DNA of 64,000 nt from the human T2T-CHM13v2.0 reference genome, Homo sapiens. Every line of letters starts with the position of its first letter. Within the stretch, counting starts at the first letter, position 1. The translations under genes and the position numbers were made by a program. The notes under the pieces were generated by a model. The model did not search any database. It was not told the origin of the DNA and saw only the letters and a list, made by a program, of their open reading frames with translations. The stretch lies in the NCBI RefSeq assembly GCF_009914755.1, contig NC_060926.1; one strand, given 5' to 3'. Positions 44,934 through 58,102 of the stretch are shown here, one piece after another.

Positions 44934-47900
44934 CTAAAGATAAAAAATATTTTATTTCTTAAATCGAGGCATATACATAGAACTGAGATATGGGCATAAG
45001 TTACTTCCCACAATTTAAAGAATAAGACATATTTATAGTTTTGTTTATTGGGTGATTTGGAATGAAAAGGAGACGTCTTTTGTTAGAGTACCACCACCGG
45101 ACAATTACACATCTTCTTTGTTAAATCTGCCAAACACATTACATCAGCACTCAATAAAAACCAGTGGGAAACAACAGTAACCACGAGAATGCAGGAACTC
45201 AAAGAGTGACACTGGTGACTGAAGGCACGAGATAATGAAAGTGGAAAAATAACTTTCTTATTTTGAAGATGGAAAAAAGGAGTTTGGTTGTTACTGGTCT
45301 CAAATGTACAAACTTAAGAGGAATGGGCAGTTGGAAATAAAGCTAGTACTATAAGCAAATTTCAAAGGAGCAAAGTAAATGACCTCACAAGGCTAGGTTA
45401 TACTCCCAGGTATCCAATCCAGAAAACAAATAAAACCCTATTAAAACAAAACAAAACAAAAAACCCTAGACTCAAAGTCAGATCCACCCTATGAACAGGC
45501 CCAGAAAGTAACTCTCACATCATCTCACCCATGAGCTTGCTATTAATATCAGACTCTTCTACATGCTTCTGTTTGGAGTTTTATAATCAAAGCAGATTTT
45601 ATAAAAAGTCACATTCCTGGATGGACATCTAAAAATCCTCATAAAAGCAAGAAATATTTGTTGTTCACAGAAAAGTGTTATTGACTGCTGTCTTTATAGA
45701 CATTGGGCACAGCAAAACATGAAATGAAGCAAAAAAGCCAAACAATCCTTTTTGGTGCACTGCAGTTTGTCAACAAGTGCCTTTTAGATGTCTGGAAAGT
45801 GCACTGAAACAGGGAGAATCCTGAGAACAAAAACCATCCTGAGAATATAAAAGAAAAGCATGGGATGGATATATCAGCATAAAGCAAGCAAAACACGAAG
45901 CAACAGTCAACCAAGGGCAAGTTAAAAAAAAATCTTAGTTTAAATGTCACTTGTTTCAAGAAAGTTTCAAGAAAAGATCAGATGAATTCGTCTAATTTAA
46001 TTTTTAAAATAGTCCTGAGCTATACTGAGGATTGCTAGGGACACGCGAAGAATCCTTGGCTGTAAGCATGCAACACTGTTTAAGGACTAAAGAAAAGCAA
46101 TCTTCCTGTTCTTCAAAAGAGTAGTAACTGAAGAAACGAAGTATCCTTCCTAAGGGCAACACAACCAATCCTGTACATTCCCAAAGTGAGTTTCCTGTAA
46201 TGTAAAAATGATGAACATTTAGTAAATACTCTTCCTTAAGTATTCTGCCTTAAAAAAAAAAAAAAAAAAAGTTGGGGCAGATGAGCAAGGTAAGATTTGG
46301 AGAGCTCTCACTTGGAGTGGCCAGATCTCTACTGGCTTGATGTAGCAATGATCCAAGTGTTTTCTAGGGCTGGTGCTGGTAGGTTCTAGAGCCCAAGAGC
46401 TGACCACAATCTCAAAGATGGGAGCTATTTGTCTAGAATTGCAAATATGGCCCAGATAAAACCCACCTTTCCTGATGAATGAATATTTGGAGAGTTCACA
46501 AAAAAAAAAAAAAAATTCAACTCAAAGATTGACTTGAGCATCAAACAAAAAGAAATGTGAACCTTGAACAGGTTTGCTGTTGAAATTCCATGTCTAAACT
46601 GACAGGAGGTAGAATAAAAAACCTGAAGAGAATTTAAGATTTCAACCTCTTCTATGTTCACAAGGCTGTCTGTCAAAGAGGCAACACTCCTTAGATGTGA
46701 GAAAGGCATGACCAAGGGGCCAGAGGCTCCCCCGCTCCTTCTGAGGACACCACAATACTAGCTTTTGTATGGACAAGGCATTTATACATCTGGCCAGTAC
46801 ACTATTTTTTATATATAAAGACTGAGTATTATGACTCAAACAAAAAATATATATACAAGATGTAAAAAAATGCCTTAAAATACTTTTAATCACAACAACC
46901 AAAAATAACAGCATAGCCCATGCAAAAGAAAAAAAATCCAAAAAACTGAAAGAATGATGGGATGGACAAGAGGAAGTCTGGGGGAACGTTCAAGTTTTTT
47001 TAAGGGATGTCACAATATTATTTTCCATATGTCGCTTCAGATAATGTCAGCTTTCAGATAATTCATCTCATTATTCTTAACCTGAACTTTCTTAAAAATA
47101 TTTCATTTCAGATCACATCACTTCACTATTACAATAGCCTCTTTTTAAAATAAGAAAATAAAGGATTCTGCCAGGTAATTTCCTCCTTCTCACTTTCAAT
47201 TAATAAACCAACTCAAACTCCCAATTCAGGAGCACCATTTGCAGAACCAAGAACAATTGAAGGTGTCTTCTTTTAGACTCACTAGCCTGGGGTTTGAAGT
47301 ATCTCCTTGGTATGAAGCTATAACTGTGAGCTGCAGGTGAGAGGCATAACTGCTTACCTCTAGGAGGAAACAGACCATGCTACTTTCTTTGCTATTTTTA
47401 TGCTTTGGCTTGAATTATATTTTTCCAAATCAGTATCTGTTAAGTTCTCACTTAAAGGAAAAAGGAACTTCCCATGGAAGCCATCATCAGGGAGGGTAGA
47501 TATTGTGTCCTCACAAGCAGTATATGAGGGAGCAGCAGGACGGCCTCAGAAGCTGACTGAGAAGAGACCTGGGGAAACCTCAATCTGCCATCTGCCCCAC
47601 AGCCTGTCTTGTTTCAGCCCTGAGACAACCCCAGGACATAATCCTTGGGTTAGAGGTCAGGCCCTGATCACCTGTAAATACTCTGGTTAGACTCCAGAAG
47701 GGCTCTCTTAGGGTTTTTTAGATTAGGGAGAATTCCTTAATCAGCCAATAGTCACTGACCTAAGGTTAGGCCATGCCACCCAACATGGAAGCTGAAAGCA
47801 GCCCTGGGCTTGCCCGCTAAAGGATCCATGTCGTGGGGAGGGAGGAGAACATGGGGTCAGGTCTCCAAGAGAGAGAAACTGGAGAGAGAAGCCTGCCTTC

Positions 47901-49491
47901 TTCGTCATTTTGTAGGAAAAGGGTACAATGTATAGAATAAGGATAGTCATTCTTTGTTATGGAATCAATAGGATTTTGGCACAGAACAAATAGACAGACA
48001 TACAGATTCCCTCTTAGTTTTATGTAACTGATAGGTTTTCTAAATGTAAAAGTCTCTAGTCAACTATCCCTGCCTCCAATGGGCAACAGAAGTTATAAGT
48101 ATTCAGTAAGCATTCTCTCTTAATGAGTTAGGTCAATATGTATCGTGTATGTATGTGAAAGATGATCCTAGGAATGGGATGTGCTCTGGAGGGGCAATCT
48201 TGATGGCTGGCTGGTGGTGAAGCTGAGTGCCCATGAGGGAATACAGGTCAACATACTGGGAGATAGTCAACCAACTGATCTTACACTTGGAGGCACAGCT
48301 AACCTTAAAAAAAAGAAAAAGGAGTGACCTGCTTTGTTAACATTAAAGACAGCAGCCGTCTCCTCGCCTGCTTGCCCTAACCTTGTGTATCTAGAAACAT
48401 TCATCGCAGGGTTCTCTGTACATTTTAGAAATGACTTTTAGAGGTATAAGAGCTTCAAAAGGAAGGTGTTGTTAAAATATTTCATTTACTGTTTTTGGCT
48501 TCACTATGTAGATTATTTGTATTCCACAAAAGTCAGAATGCAAATCTGCACAAAAGCTATCTATGAAGTATTTCAAAAGTAACAGGTCTTTTTTTTTTTT
48601 AACCCTTTTCCTATCACACCCTCTATTATAGAGGATAGAAACTCATCTCACAAAGAACAGTGACAGCTGGACTGCCCAGTGCTCTAACAGGTTTCTAGGG
48701 AAGAGATTCTCTGATCTTTGGACCTTATAAAAAGCATCCCCAAGAGACCCTGAAATAGACATCTGCAGTACTATGTGGACCCTTCTTTGTACCACAGATT
48801 CAGCATCTGAGGGAAGCCCACCCCTTCTTCCAGACTCATAACATTGTTGCATAACCAGTGTCCATGATGCCGCATTCAGCATCAACTGTGGGGGTGCGTG
48901 AAGGGACTGACGTTTCTCCTTCTTAGAGGCAGGGCATCCTTAGTGAGCTGTAACAGTTATCCTGCCTCTTGGGGACTCCTTTCTGGATCTGTGTGCTCAG
49001 ACTACCCTCATATGACAGTATGTTAGGAAAGAAATCAGTTACAAATAGTCAATAGCAAGGCTGAGAGTGACAGGTATGGTTTGGGAAAGAGGTCTTTTTG
49101 GCTTCTCAGGGGAATGTCTTCTGCACTTTAGACGCATGCTAAGGAAACTGCTCCCACTATTGCCCACGCTGACCTCACAGCATTTCCTGAGGTCTTTCTG
49201 GGGGCTGAGCACTGCACTGTACAGAAAGGCCCACAATAATAGGTGGTGATGAATCTGATCAGCTTATAAAGGGTCATCTGTCCCTGTGACACAGCAGGAA
49301 CCATACTTGTGAGATTTGGCAAAGATCACACACCTGCTCACACTTCTCACCAAGGCTCTACTCCTGCTATGTGACACCAAGGAAGGGACCACACTGGAGG
49401 CAGCTTAGAGGCTTTCCCAAAGACCTGAGACGACCTTGGAAATGCAATAATATTGTGACACCTCAGACAAGTTTGACAGGTAGCTTGTTAC

Positions 49492-49608
49492 CTGGGAGAG
49501 TAAGAGCGCCTGAGAGCCTTGTGGGAGGGAGCGGTGGGGATGGAGTTAGGCTGAGAAAAGGGAGGTGGGTGCTTCGCTAACCCGTCGGCACTCCAACCCC
49601 ATAACCGA
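49492..49608 (-). CDS. CLASP1: CLASP1 coding exon (117 nt, phase 2-2, likely cassette): (S)RLWGWSADGLAKHPPPFSQPNSIPTAPSHKALRRSYSP(S)
   Basis: Pyrimidine tract then CTGCAG|T CGG, donor CCCAG|GTAACA; open frame; peptide recalled from long CLASP1 isoform. Confidence 0.9.
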
Positions 49609-50198
49609 CTGCAGTGATCAGAAGAGGAAAATCAGAGAGAGAAATACAAAAAGCAAAGGGGAGGGGAGGAGGAAAGCACTACACACTAAGTGTCTTAGTC
49701 TCTTCTTTCCTTGACAAAGTTCTATTAAAGTTAATCAGAGCAAAATTAGCACTTCATCATACAGAGAAAAGAACAAATTTTGTTTTACAATTTGGTCCTC
49801 GATGAGACTGCTTTATTCTTTCCCCTCCCAAACGTGGAATGTGTTTACTACTTAAAATCACATGAGATTCCAAGAGTGTCTATGCGTGAGACTGTGTGTA
49901 TATGTCAGTATGAGGGGCTGTGTGTATCTGCATGCACTGGGAAGGACATAACACAATACACAAGAAAATATGGATGCTCACTTTCAGTTAACTCATCAGT
50001 TATTTTAGAAAGAACCAAAGAAGAATCATGGGGCCTTAATTCAAATCGGACCAGAGGGACTCCAGCAGGAGGACTCAGAGACCGTGCTACTCTGACCAGA
50101 GCTCTCCAGCATGGAGCAGTGCATTCTTTGGTGCTGTGATCCAGTTGGATGGCGTTCAGAGACAGCACAAGCTGTTTCCTTCTGAAACAACCGTAGCA

Positions 50199-50212
50199 CC
50201 ACTAGAGGGCTA
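50199..50212 (+). promoter_or_regulatory. Candidate CTCF motif CCACTAGAGGGCTA
   Basis: First 12 nt match CTCF core CCASYAGRKGGC; motif only. Confidence 0.5.
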
Positions 50213-51275
50213 GCATGTTAAGTCTCAGCTGGGCAGCTCAGAGTGCTGGGTCATAAAAACCAAATCCCTCTGCTCATACCACCTAATATGAGAACTGAAA
50301 TTCTCTGGGGAACACAAGTATTCACCTTCCCTTCATAAATGTCACTGGGTGCCTGGGCTTGCAGAGGCCCTGAAGGAGAGTTCTAACAACTGTTGCAATT
50401 CAAAAGGATGGAGGGAGAGACTGGGAAAGTGGGGAGCTGGCTGGCTGGTGATGTGGGGTAAGGCCATGGGTGGAGTCCATGGCATCAGTGCCAGGGTGCC
50501 TACACAGCAGCCCTGCCTGCCACTGGCATTCACTGGCATCGTCACAGCAGGAGCCTCTGCATGCTAGTCTCCCCTGAGCACAGGTATGGCTCTGCTTTAC
50601 AAGGAAAATAAGGCATTGAGATGCAAAGTCACTAGCATACAGAGGCCTAAAGACACACTGGTCTCTGTGTGGGGCACACACTGGGTCAGATGCACACACT
50701 GGGTTGGAGGTGAGGGCATAGGAGGGATGCAGGTGACACCTCAGGCTGGGCCTCTGCTTGGGGAAGGAGTGGCAGAACACCCACCTCCGAGTGTGGGGTG
50801 GGGTCTCCCTGTTAAGCCCCACTTTGATTCTATCCATACTCTGGATCCTCTCACAAGATGACTAAAAATTACTTCCTATTGCTAGGGACATACATGCTAT
50901 TTACACAGAGTCATCCTGCTCTATGACATGTTTGCCAAGAACATATGGCAGACCAGAGCAAGGACCACCATATACTTTTTTTTTTCTTAAAGGAAATGGA
51001 CTTCAGATGACTTCTGAAGCCCCTTGCAACTCAGTTTTTCATTTACCGTAAAATCATATTGGGTAAAAGATAAATATGTACTTCACATATTTATAGCACA
51101 TAGATCTCTTCTCCAAATACCAAGTGGTATTTGTGTATTAGCTGGTAATAGGAAGTTTATTCTTTCACACAGAAATGATGTCTAACGGAATGTTTTACAA
51201 AAGTTTAACCTATTATCTACAGCATCTCTACTACTACTGGGTTGATAAAAAAAAAATGACTTCCTCACTGGTGAG

Positions 51276-51323
<48 letters not shown>

Positions 51324-51441
51324 GTATATATACACACATATATGTATATATACACACACACATATATATGTATATATACACACATATATATGTATATATA
51401 TATACACACATATATATGTATATATATATACACACACACAC

Positions 51442-51478
<37 letters not shown>
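51276..51478. repeat. Compound (TA)n/(CA)n/(TATG)n microsatellite at an Alu tail
   Basis: ~200 bp of near-continuous purine-pyrimidine alternation. Confidence 0.95.
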
Positions 51479-51771
51479 TTTTTTGTTTTTAAGACAGGGT
51501 CTCATTCTGTTGTCCAGGCTAGAGTGCAGTGGCATAATGATGGCTCACTGCAGCCTCCATGTCCTGCGCTCAAGCAATCTCCCCACCTCAGCCTTCCAAG
51601 TAGCTGAGAACACAGGTATGTGCCACCATGTCCAGCTAATTTTTTATTCTTTGTAGAGACAGGATCTCACTATGTTGCCCAGGCTAGTTTCAAACTCCTG
51701 GGCTGAAGCAATCCTCCCACGTTGGCCTCCCAAAGTGCTGGGATTACAGGCATCAGTCACGGTGTCCAGCC
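51479..51771 (-). mobile_element. AluJ-like
   Basis: Antisense Alu. Confidence 0.9.
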
Positions 51772-51905
51772 ACTAGTGATATTTTTAAACAATTATCAGA
51801 TTTATCATTTTAGAATAGTTTCTCACTATCATCATGATCCAAGTATAGAAATTTTGGACTAAAAAAAAAAAGTTTATTTTGACAGTTAAAATTAGACTTA
51901 AAACA

Positions 51906-52190
51906 GGCCAGGTGTGGCGGCTCATGCCTGTAATTCCAGCATGTTGGGAGGCAGAGGTGGGCGGATCACCTGACATCAGGAGTTCGAGACTCCGTTTCTA
52001 CTAAAAATACAAAAATTAGCTGGGCGTGGTGGTGTACACCTGTAGTCCCAGCTACTCAGGAGGCTGAGGCATAAGAATCACTTGAATCCCAAAGGCGGAG
52101 GTTTCAGTGAGCAGAGATCATGCCACTGCACTCCAGCCTGGGTGACAGAGTGAGACTTAATCTCTAAATAAATTAATTAATTAATTAATT
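51906..52190 (+). mobile_element. AluS with left-arm deletion and (TTAA)n tail
   Basis: TTCGAGAC joined to TCCGTTTCTACTAAAAATAC. Confidence 0.9.
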
Positions 52191-54405
52191 TGACTGAAAA
52201 CAAATAATTGGTAATAGCTTTTCCCCTACAGAATAAAATAACACTGTCTGGTCAAGATAACTCAAAGAAATGGCAGGTCACAGAAAATCAACATTTTAAG
52301 AGCAATGCTCAGAAAAAATAGCTGAGATTATATACAACAGATCTGTCTATCTGTCTGTAGTCTCCTTAAATGAGGTAACCTAGTCAATTCTATTTAGTGC
52401 AATAATTCATTTCTTTTATCATTTTCCTGTTAGAAAATATGTAGCCTATTTAAATATTTCTAGTGACATGATAACATGAAGCAGTTTTTCCCACTGCTGG
52501 ACAGTTTTAGTTGCGAGAAAAATCATTTCTTCTGTAAGCTCAAGTTGGCTAAGGCCATCTGGCTATTTACACACTGAATGACGGCAAGTTAAAAAAAAAT
52601 ATTTTTCCAAGAAAGAAACTACATAAATAATTCCCTAAATAAGAATTTGATAACAAGAAAATATTTAGACCACACATGAACTACTGAATATTGAAAATAA
52701 ATCTCTTTGTTTCTTCCACTGATCTGTAACTATAAATACAAATTAAGATGAGGCCAATTAAGAAGGAATAATGACCTTGAAAAACACAATTTTTAATGAC
52801 TTGAGGACCCATGGAGACTGACTTAGCCAGTTTTAGCTCTGATGAATGATACTAACAGCACTATCAAGTTTTTACTTAGATTAGTCCAAATAATAAAATG
52901 CTTAATTTGAGTTATCCCTTTTGACTTACTAAAGAATGTGCCACCCTAAGAATGCAATAACTAAAAGATGTATGAACTGTATATTATGGAAGAAAAGACT
53001 TCCCAATTAATGTTGCATAACTATCTCTTCTAGACAGAGGCGACAATTTACAGAAAATTCAAGTTTTCCATATAATTTTCTCCACTAGAAAAGATAATTT
53101 TATGATTTTACTGTCACCACTGTACCATCATATTCAAAAGTCAAGCATATTTTCATTAGTCTCTGGCCTCAATTATTTAATTGTAACAGCCTGTTGAAGC
53201 CATGACAACACAGACCAAATCTGGAGACATGATATCACATTGCAGTCTACCTGAATATAGTGCAGAGGGAAACTTGAGGGAGTAAACATAAGGGCAATCT
53301 GAACAGCAAGATAAGATAGCTATAGAAAATACTTTGTTTCACCAAGAGGAAAACACAAATTTCTTATGTTCCAAAGTATTTAAAGGATATGAGGAACTGG
53401 AAACCTTCAGTGATAAGGAAGAAGTGTGGGAGATTCTTGATCATTTAAAAAACTAAATGTAAAAGCAATTATGTTTTGATATCTTCCTAGTAACAAGGAC
53501 CCATTAAAGGGAAAATAGCATACTTGTGGTATTTGCATTTCATTTTAAGATCCTGGTGTCAGCAGCCCTCAGGACACAAGCTTACTGGTTTGTATTGTTA
53601 GTGATCCCAAAGAGTTAATCCTGTAGACAAACAGAGCATGTGTGCCCCTTGCTGGTCCAGACACTGGCTCTCTCCTAAAAATTTTGGCCTATAGGGCAAC
53701 TGCTTTGAGTGGGGCCATGGGTAACTCCCAGCCCATGTGAGGGGGTCACTAAAGCCACCATGCAGTCTTCTAAAGGCTCTTGTCAGATGGTGAAGTATTA
53801 TCTAAAGATCCCAAGACAAAGCAGTTTCTCTTTTTAAATCATTGCCTCAGCTTCTATAGGGCCAATATTTGCACGGTCCCAACAAGAGTATGCAATGTTG
53901 ATCCAATTTTAGTTCCCAGATTCTAAATCACAGTCCTTCAGAGCAGCATTCTGCTTCAAACATGATAGCAACTATGTTTAGAATGATTACTTGGTTGAAA
54001 AACTACCCTAGACTTGGTGTAACTGACTATAACAAGTTGGCTTGGATGACTAAATACCTTTAGGTTCTACCACTTGCAGAATGGGTAATGAGCTTCTACA
54101 TGGATTCTATGTAAAACAGTACTAAATACAAACTTTTAGTTGTAGGTACTATTAGGTACTAGTGAGTGTTTAGAGCTACAAGAACGAGAGAACATTCAGC
54201 ACACATGACTCATCTTACCACAGAAGTTAACCCCTTTGCATAAGATTATACAGTTACAATTTGAGTGAGGACTAGAACCCACGGTTCTTGATACTCAATA
54301 TTCTTTTTGTTATTTAGCTTAGTCTAAAAATCTAGAAATAGGATGCACAGCAATTAAGGTGCTTTAGTTTCTTTACATCTGTGGAAAGTAAAGAAGTGAC
54401 CTTAC

Positions 54406-54512
54406 CTTGGAGACAGACCCCCATGGGAACAGTTGGTGGGTGAGGTCAGGGGGCTGGTCCTGCTGCTGGTGTGTCGGGAGGGCGTCCGGCCAATCGTATT
54501 GCTTGGAGAGCC
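54406..54512 (-). CDS. CLASP1: CLASP1 coding exon (107 nt, phase 0-2): GSPSNTIGRTPSRHTSSRTSPLTSPTNCSHGGLSP(S)
   Basis: Acceptor CCCCAG|GGC, donor CCAAG|GTAAGG; S/P/T-rich linker in frame with neighbours; absent from the ORF track. Confidence 0.95.
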
Positions 54513-55046
54513 CTGGGGTGAAGCAGAATAGGCATCGTTATTCAAGGGCTGTATATAGAATATATTCTATTCTTTCCTTGGTCTTTTAACCCACATGTAA
54601 ATAAATGGGTAGAATCTGCCCAGGATGGTTTTTTTTTTCCCTTAGAATCATAAGGCCAATTTTAAGTGTATATAAACCAAAAATGAATAATCATCATACA
54701 AGCACTCCTGGAGTCAAATGATTGATGTTGGGTGTGCTAGAGTGACAGACAAAATTGAGCACTTGCATCTTTCCAGTGTTGAAAAATAAGACCAACTCAG
54801 TGAATGAATGACTAACTGGATAACCTAGTGAAAATGTAGTTGACTGAACAACCTGAGAAAAAACGGCATACTTAAATATCAGATTCATTCATTCACTGGG
54901 GCTTAAGATGGCCCCATCCTCAGGATGCTCGACATTTCCTGAAAGAGGACAAGGAAACGGGGTATTCTATTAGAGTAGGTTCTAGATAAGGGCTACGCAG
55001 AGGTCATGGACATCACATAGGCACCAATCGTGACCAAAGCACTCAC

Positions 55047-55190
55047 CACACTGGTGTTACTGGAATTCTTGAGGTGGTTGTGCAGGAGTTTGGTGGCACC
55101 ATCCTGGAATGTTTTTGGCAAGGCACCAAGTAACATGGTAAATTCAGGAGTATTCAATTCAAACAGAGAGATTAGCACAATCTGTGCTGC
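55047..55190 (-). CDS. CLASP1: CLASP1 coding exon (144 nt, phase 0-0): AAQIVLISLFELNTPEFTMLLGALPKTFQDGATKLLHNHLKNSSNTSV, end of TOG3 region
   Basis: Acceptor TTTTTCTAG|GCA, donor GTG|GTGAGT; peptide recognised as CLASP1; overlaps ORF 54993..55178. Confidence 0.96.
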
Positions 55191-57147
55191 CTAGAAAAAG
55201 GAACCATGATTAATTTATGTAATGTACAATAGGTCATCAAAATGTTGATTAAAGTTGTTTAAAAAAATATTTTATAAGTAAAATCACTAATAAGAGGGCA
55301 TTCTAGGCATCAAAAACAAAAAAGCATCTGAAGAAAATAATACCAATCACAAGCAGTCTGACTTCAATCGGGAAAATAAACTCTGGCTTCATTTTAATGC
55401 CCTCTGGCCTTGGAATTCCACAGCACACTAATAATAAATTCCTAGAACTTTTCTCTTGTTGTCTGGTACTAGGAATGAAGCTGGTTAAGTAGGTAAATGA
55501 AACAATTAAAAAATTTTAAAAAGTTTAAGATTGATCCCACTTTAATAATTCAGAACTGAACAGGGATCTCAGTACACCCTGGAAAGCACATATTTTTAAA
55601 CAAGCTGCATTAGGTTATCTTGTGAAGCCATACTCCTCTTGACTAAGAAACATGAGAAAACGAGTATAAATACCTCAGAAAAACTTCTACTTTTACACCT
55701 ATAAACCAAGGAGAGAGACTTTGAGAAGCAAATCAGATTTCGAAGGAGTCTACGTTAAAAACATGCTCTTCTGCCTTTTGGAAAATGTTCTACTTTTGCT
55801 TATTAATTGAGTCAACACACTGCAAGCCTGCTTGTAGTGATTGTGGTAGCGAGGTAGGCAAAGCAATGAGCTGGAACAAGAGTGGTCAATGAGGCTCGGG
55901 CTTCTAGTAAGTGATGTGCTTTCTATGGATTTAGTAGCAGGCAATCTGAGCTTAAAGCACAATGCCTGAGGAATTAATTACAATAGTTTTCATTTATAAA
56001 AGCTAAGCCAAAAAAAATTTAGTAAATACTAATTGGCATTTCTAATTAATTTCTAAGAGTCAAGAGAAAGAAAAAGACATAAAAAACTGTCTGTGAATAT
56101 AATCACTTATTTTTCATTTTTAACCATAAAGACTTTACAAACATAAAGTCCTTCCAAAGACTGTAGTTTTTAAGATTGCAGTAATTATTCAGAATTTTTT
56201 TCCATGACATAGAATATTACACAAAAAATGTGCTTGCAGAGAAATTCTTTTGGAAATAAACATCACAAAATATTTCAATGCTTTTACAATGCTAAAATTA
56301 ATTATAGGTCCAGTTAGGACAAAATTACTATTTTGTGCCTGGAGTAGGAAAAGAAATCCAAAAACCCAAAGGTATTTAACCAAAAATAAGAATTATGAAT
56401 TTAAAAATATAATCAAAAGTTACTTTTTTAACATTTTGAAATCATTCATTAATCACAGTATTGGGCAAAAGTACATTACTTTTTTCCCCTTTAATTTCAA
56501 ATACAGTCATTAATACCTTTTCCACCCAAATTAAATAAGTGGTCATAATATTTTTATGACATGGGCAAAAAGCATTATTATTACTTGTACTAAAATACAC
56601 TTTTCTGCATTTCATTTTGGAAACATTTTAAACAAATTATCTGAAGGAATCTATTTCACCAATTTAATGTACTGTTTATTTGATATGCATATTTGCATAA
56701 CAGAACAATTTCCAAAACTCATGCAAAGTAACCTGCATATTTTTAAAAAACATTGTATTAGGTGTTAGAAAAAAAAAAAACAATGCATGCAGAAAAATAA
56801 TGCACTACAAGGAGGAAAGAAAGCAGCAGCCTGGAATTGTAGCAGGGAAAACACATCAATTTAATTAAAAGATATTGGCACTTAAATTTTGTTGGTTGAA
56901 AATGGCATTTGAAAGTTATAAAATATATGATTACATTCTTGAATAGTACGCTTTTTATGTGAAATGTGCCACTGCCTTTATTTAAGAGACAATATTTCTT
57001 CCCAGAATGTTACCTAATGTCCAAGCTAACTTGAGGCTTTTCATGATGCAAATTATTAACTTAGAAGCTTAGAGTGTTTCCAAAGTAAAATCTTTTAAAA
57101 ATAAGATCCAAGTTCTAGAAACGGTAGAAAGTATCATTTAAATATAC

Positions 57148-57325
57148 ATTTTTTTATTTTTAAGAAAAGAGACAGGGGTCTCATTGCCCAGGCTGGAGTG
57201 CAGTAGCTGTTTACAGGTCCAATCATAGTGCACTGCAGCCTCGAACTCCTGTGCTCCAAGCAATCCTACTGCCTCAGTCTCTGGAGTAGCTGGGATTATA
57301 GGCATATGCCATAGTGCCGGGCCCA
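57148..57325 (-). mobile_element. FAM (fossil Alu monomer)
   Basis: FAM-type insert GTAGCTGTTTACAGG...CATAGTGCACTGCAGCC. Confidence 0.8.
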
Positions 57326-58102
57326 AGTATCCAATTTTTAAAAGATTTTATATCAGAGTTTTGCCACGAATTAGACTGTTACTGTTTTCAAATATTTTAT
57401 CTCCAACCCTCTGAATCAGTGAGAGGTTAAAATATGGAATCCAAGCAAGGAAGAAAACTGGGTTATATTTATCATTACCACCAATATGATCTCATTAAAC
57501 AAGTAATTCCAGATATGGAACTGGGCTGGAGAGATGCATTAAAAAAGCCTGGGGCATAGCTCATGTTTACTAGTGACTCAAAAAGTGGAGTACGCCACTG
57601 TTCTTGTCGGCATATGTGAACTGTTATCTTCGTAAGAGGCAAGACCGTTAGGCAGCCAGATGAAAAACTCAGAGTACTGCTGACTTTTTCTAATGGGCAA
57701 CCCTAGGGCAATTTATTTTAAGGATCACATGGCAACTTAAAATGAAATGATTCTCACACACACCCTCATAGAGGAATTTGAGAGGTGGGGTTTGTAAAAG
57801 GTTCTTCACATCTCACTGCTACCATTTGAAGACAACTCCCAGGGACATCAACTGTCTTGAATGTTGCACATCTTATAGCAGAAAGGAATTCTCCCTAGCA
57901 GATCAGATCAAAACAAAGCTTTACCAAACACTTCAGTGTTTGTATTAATTTGGGAAAACAAAATTTGAGAGGAAAGGCAGAGTTTTCCAATTTATTAAAC
58001 AACTCACTGCTCCCTTCAGACTCTCATTAAAAACTGCTTCATAAAGTCACCAAAGAGAAACTATTTCAAAACCCTCAGACATTTCTCATTTAGTATCTCT
58101 CC

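Noticed and set aside
45832-45840. AACCATCCT resembles the 5' end of U4atac snRNA (RNU4ATAC lies in a CLASP1 intron)
   Set aside because: Only 9 nt match and the continuation differs; RNU4ATAC is near the 5' end of the gene, outside this window
51175-51656. Cluster of overlapping YIYTH/CVCVY ORFs
   Set aside because: Translations of a compound microsatellite
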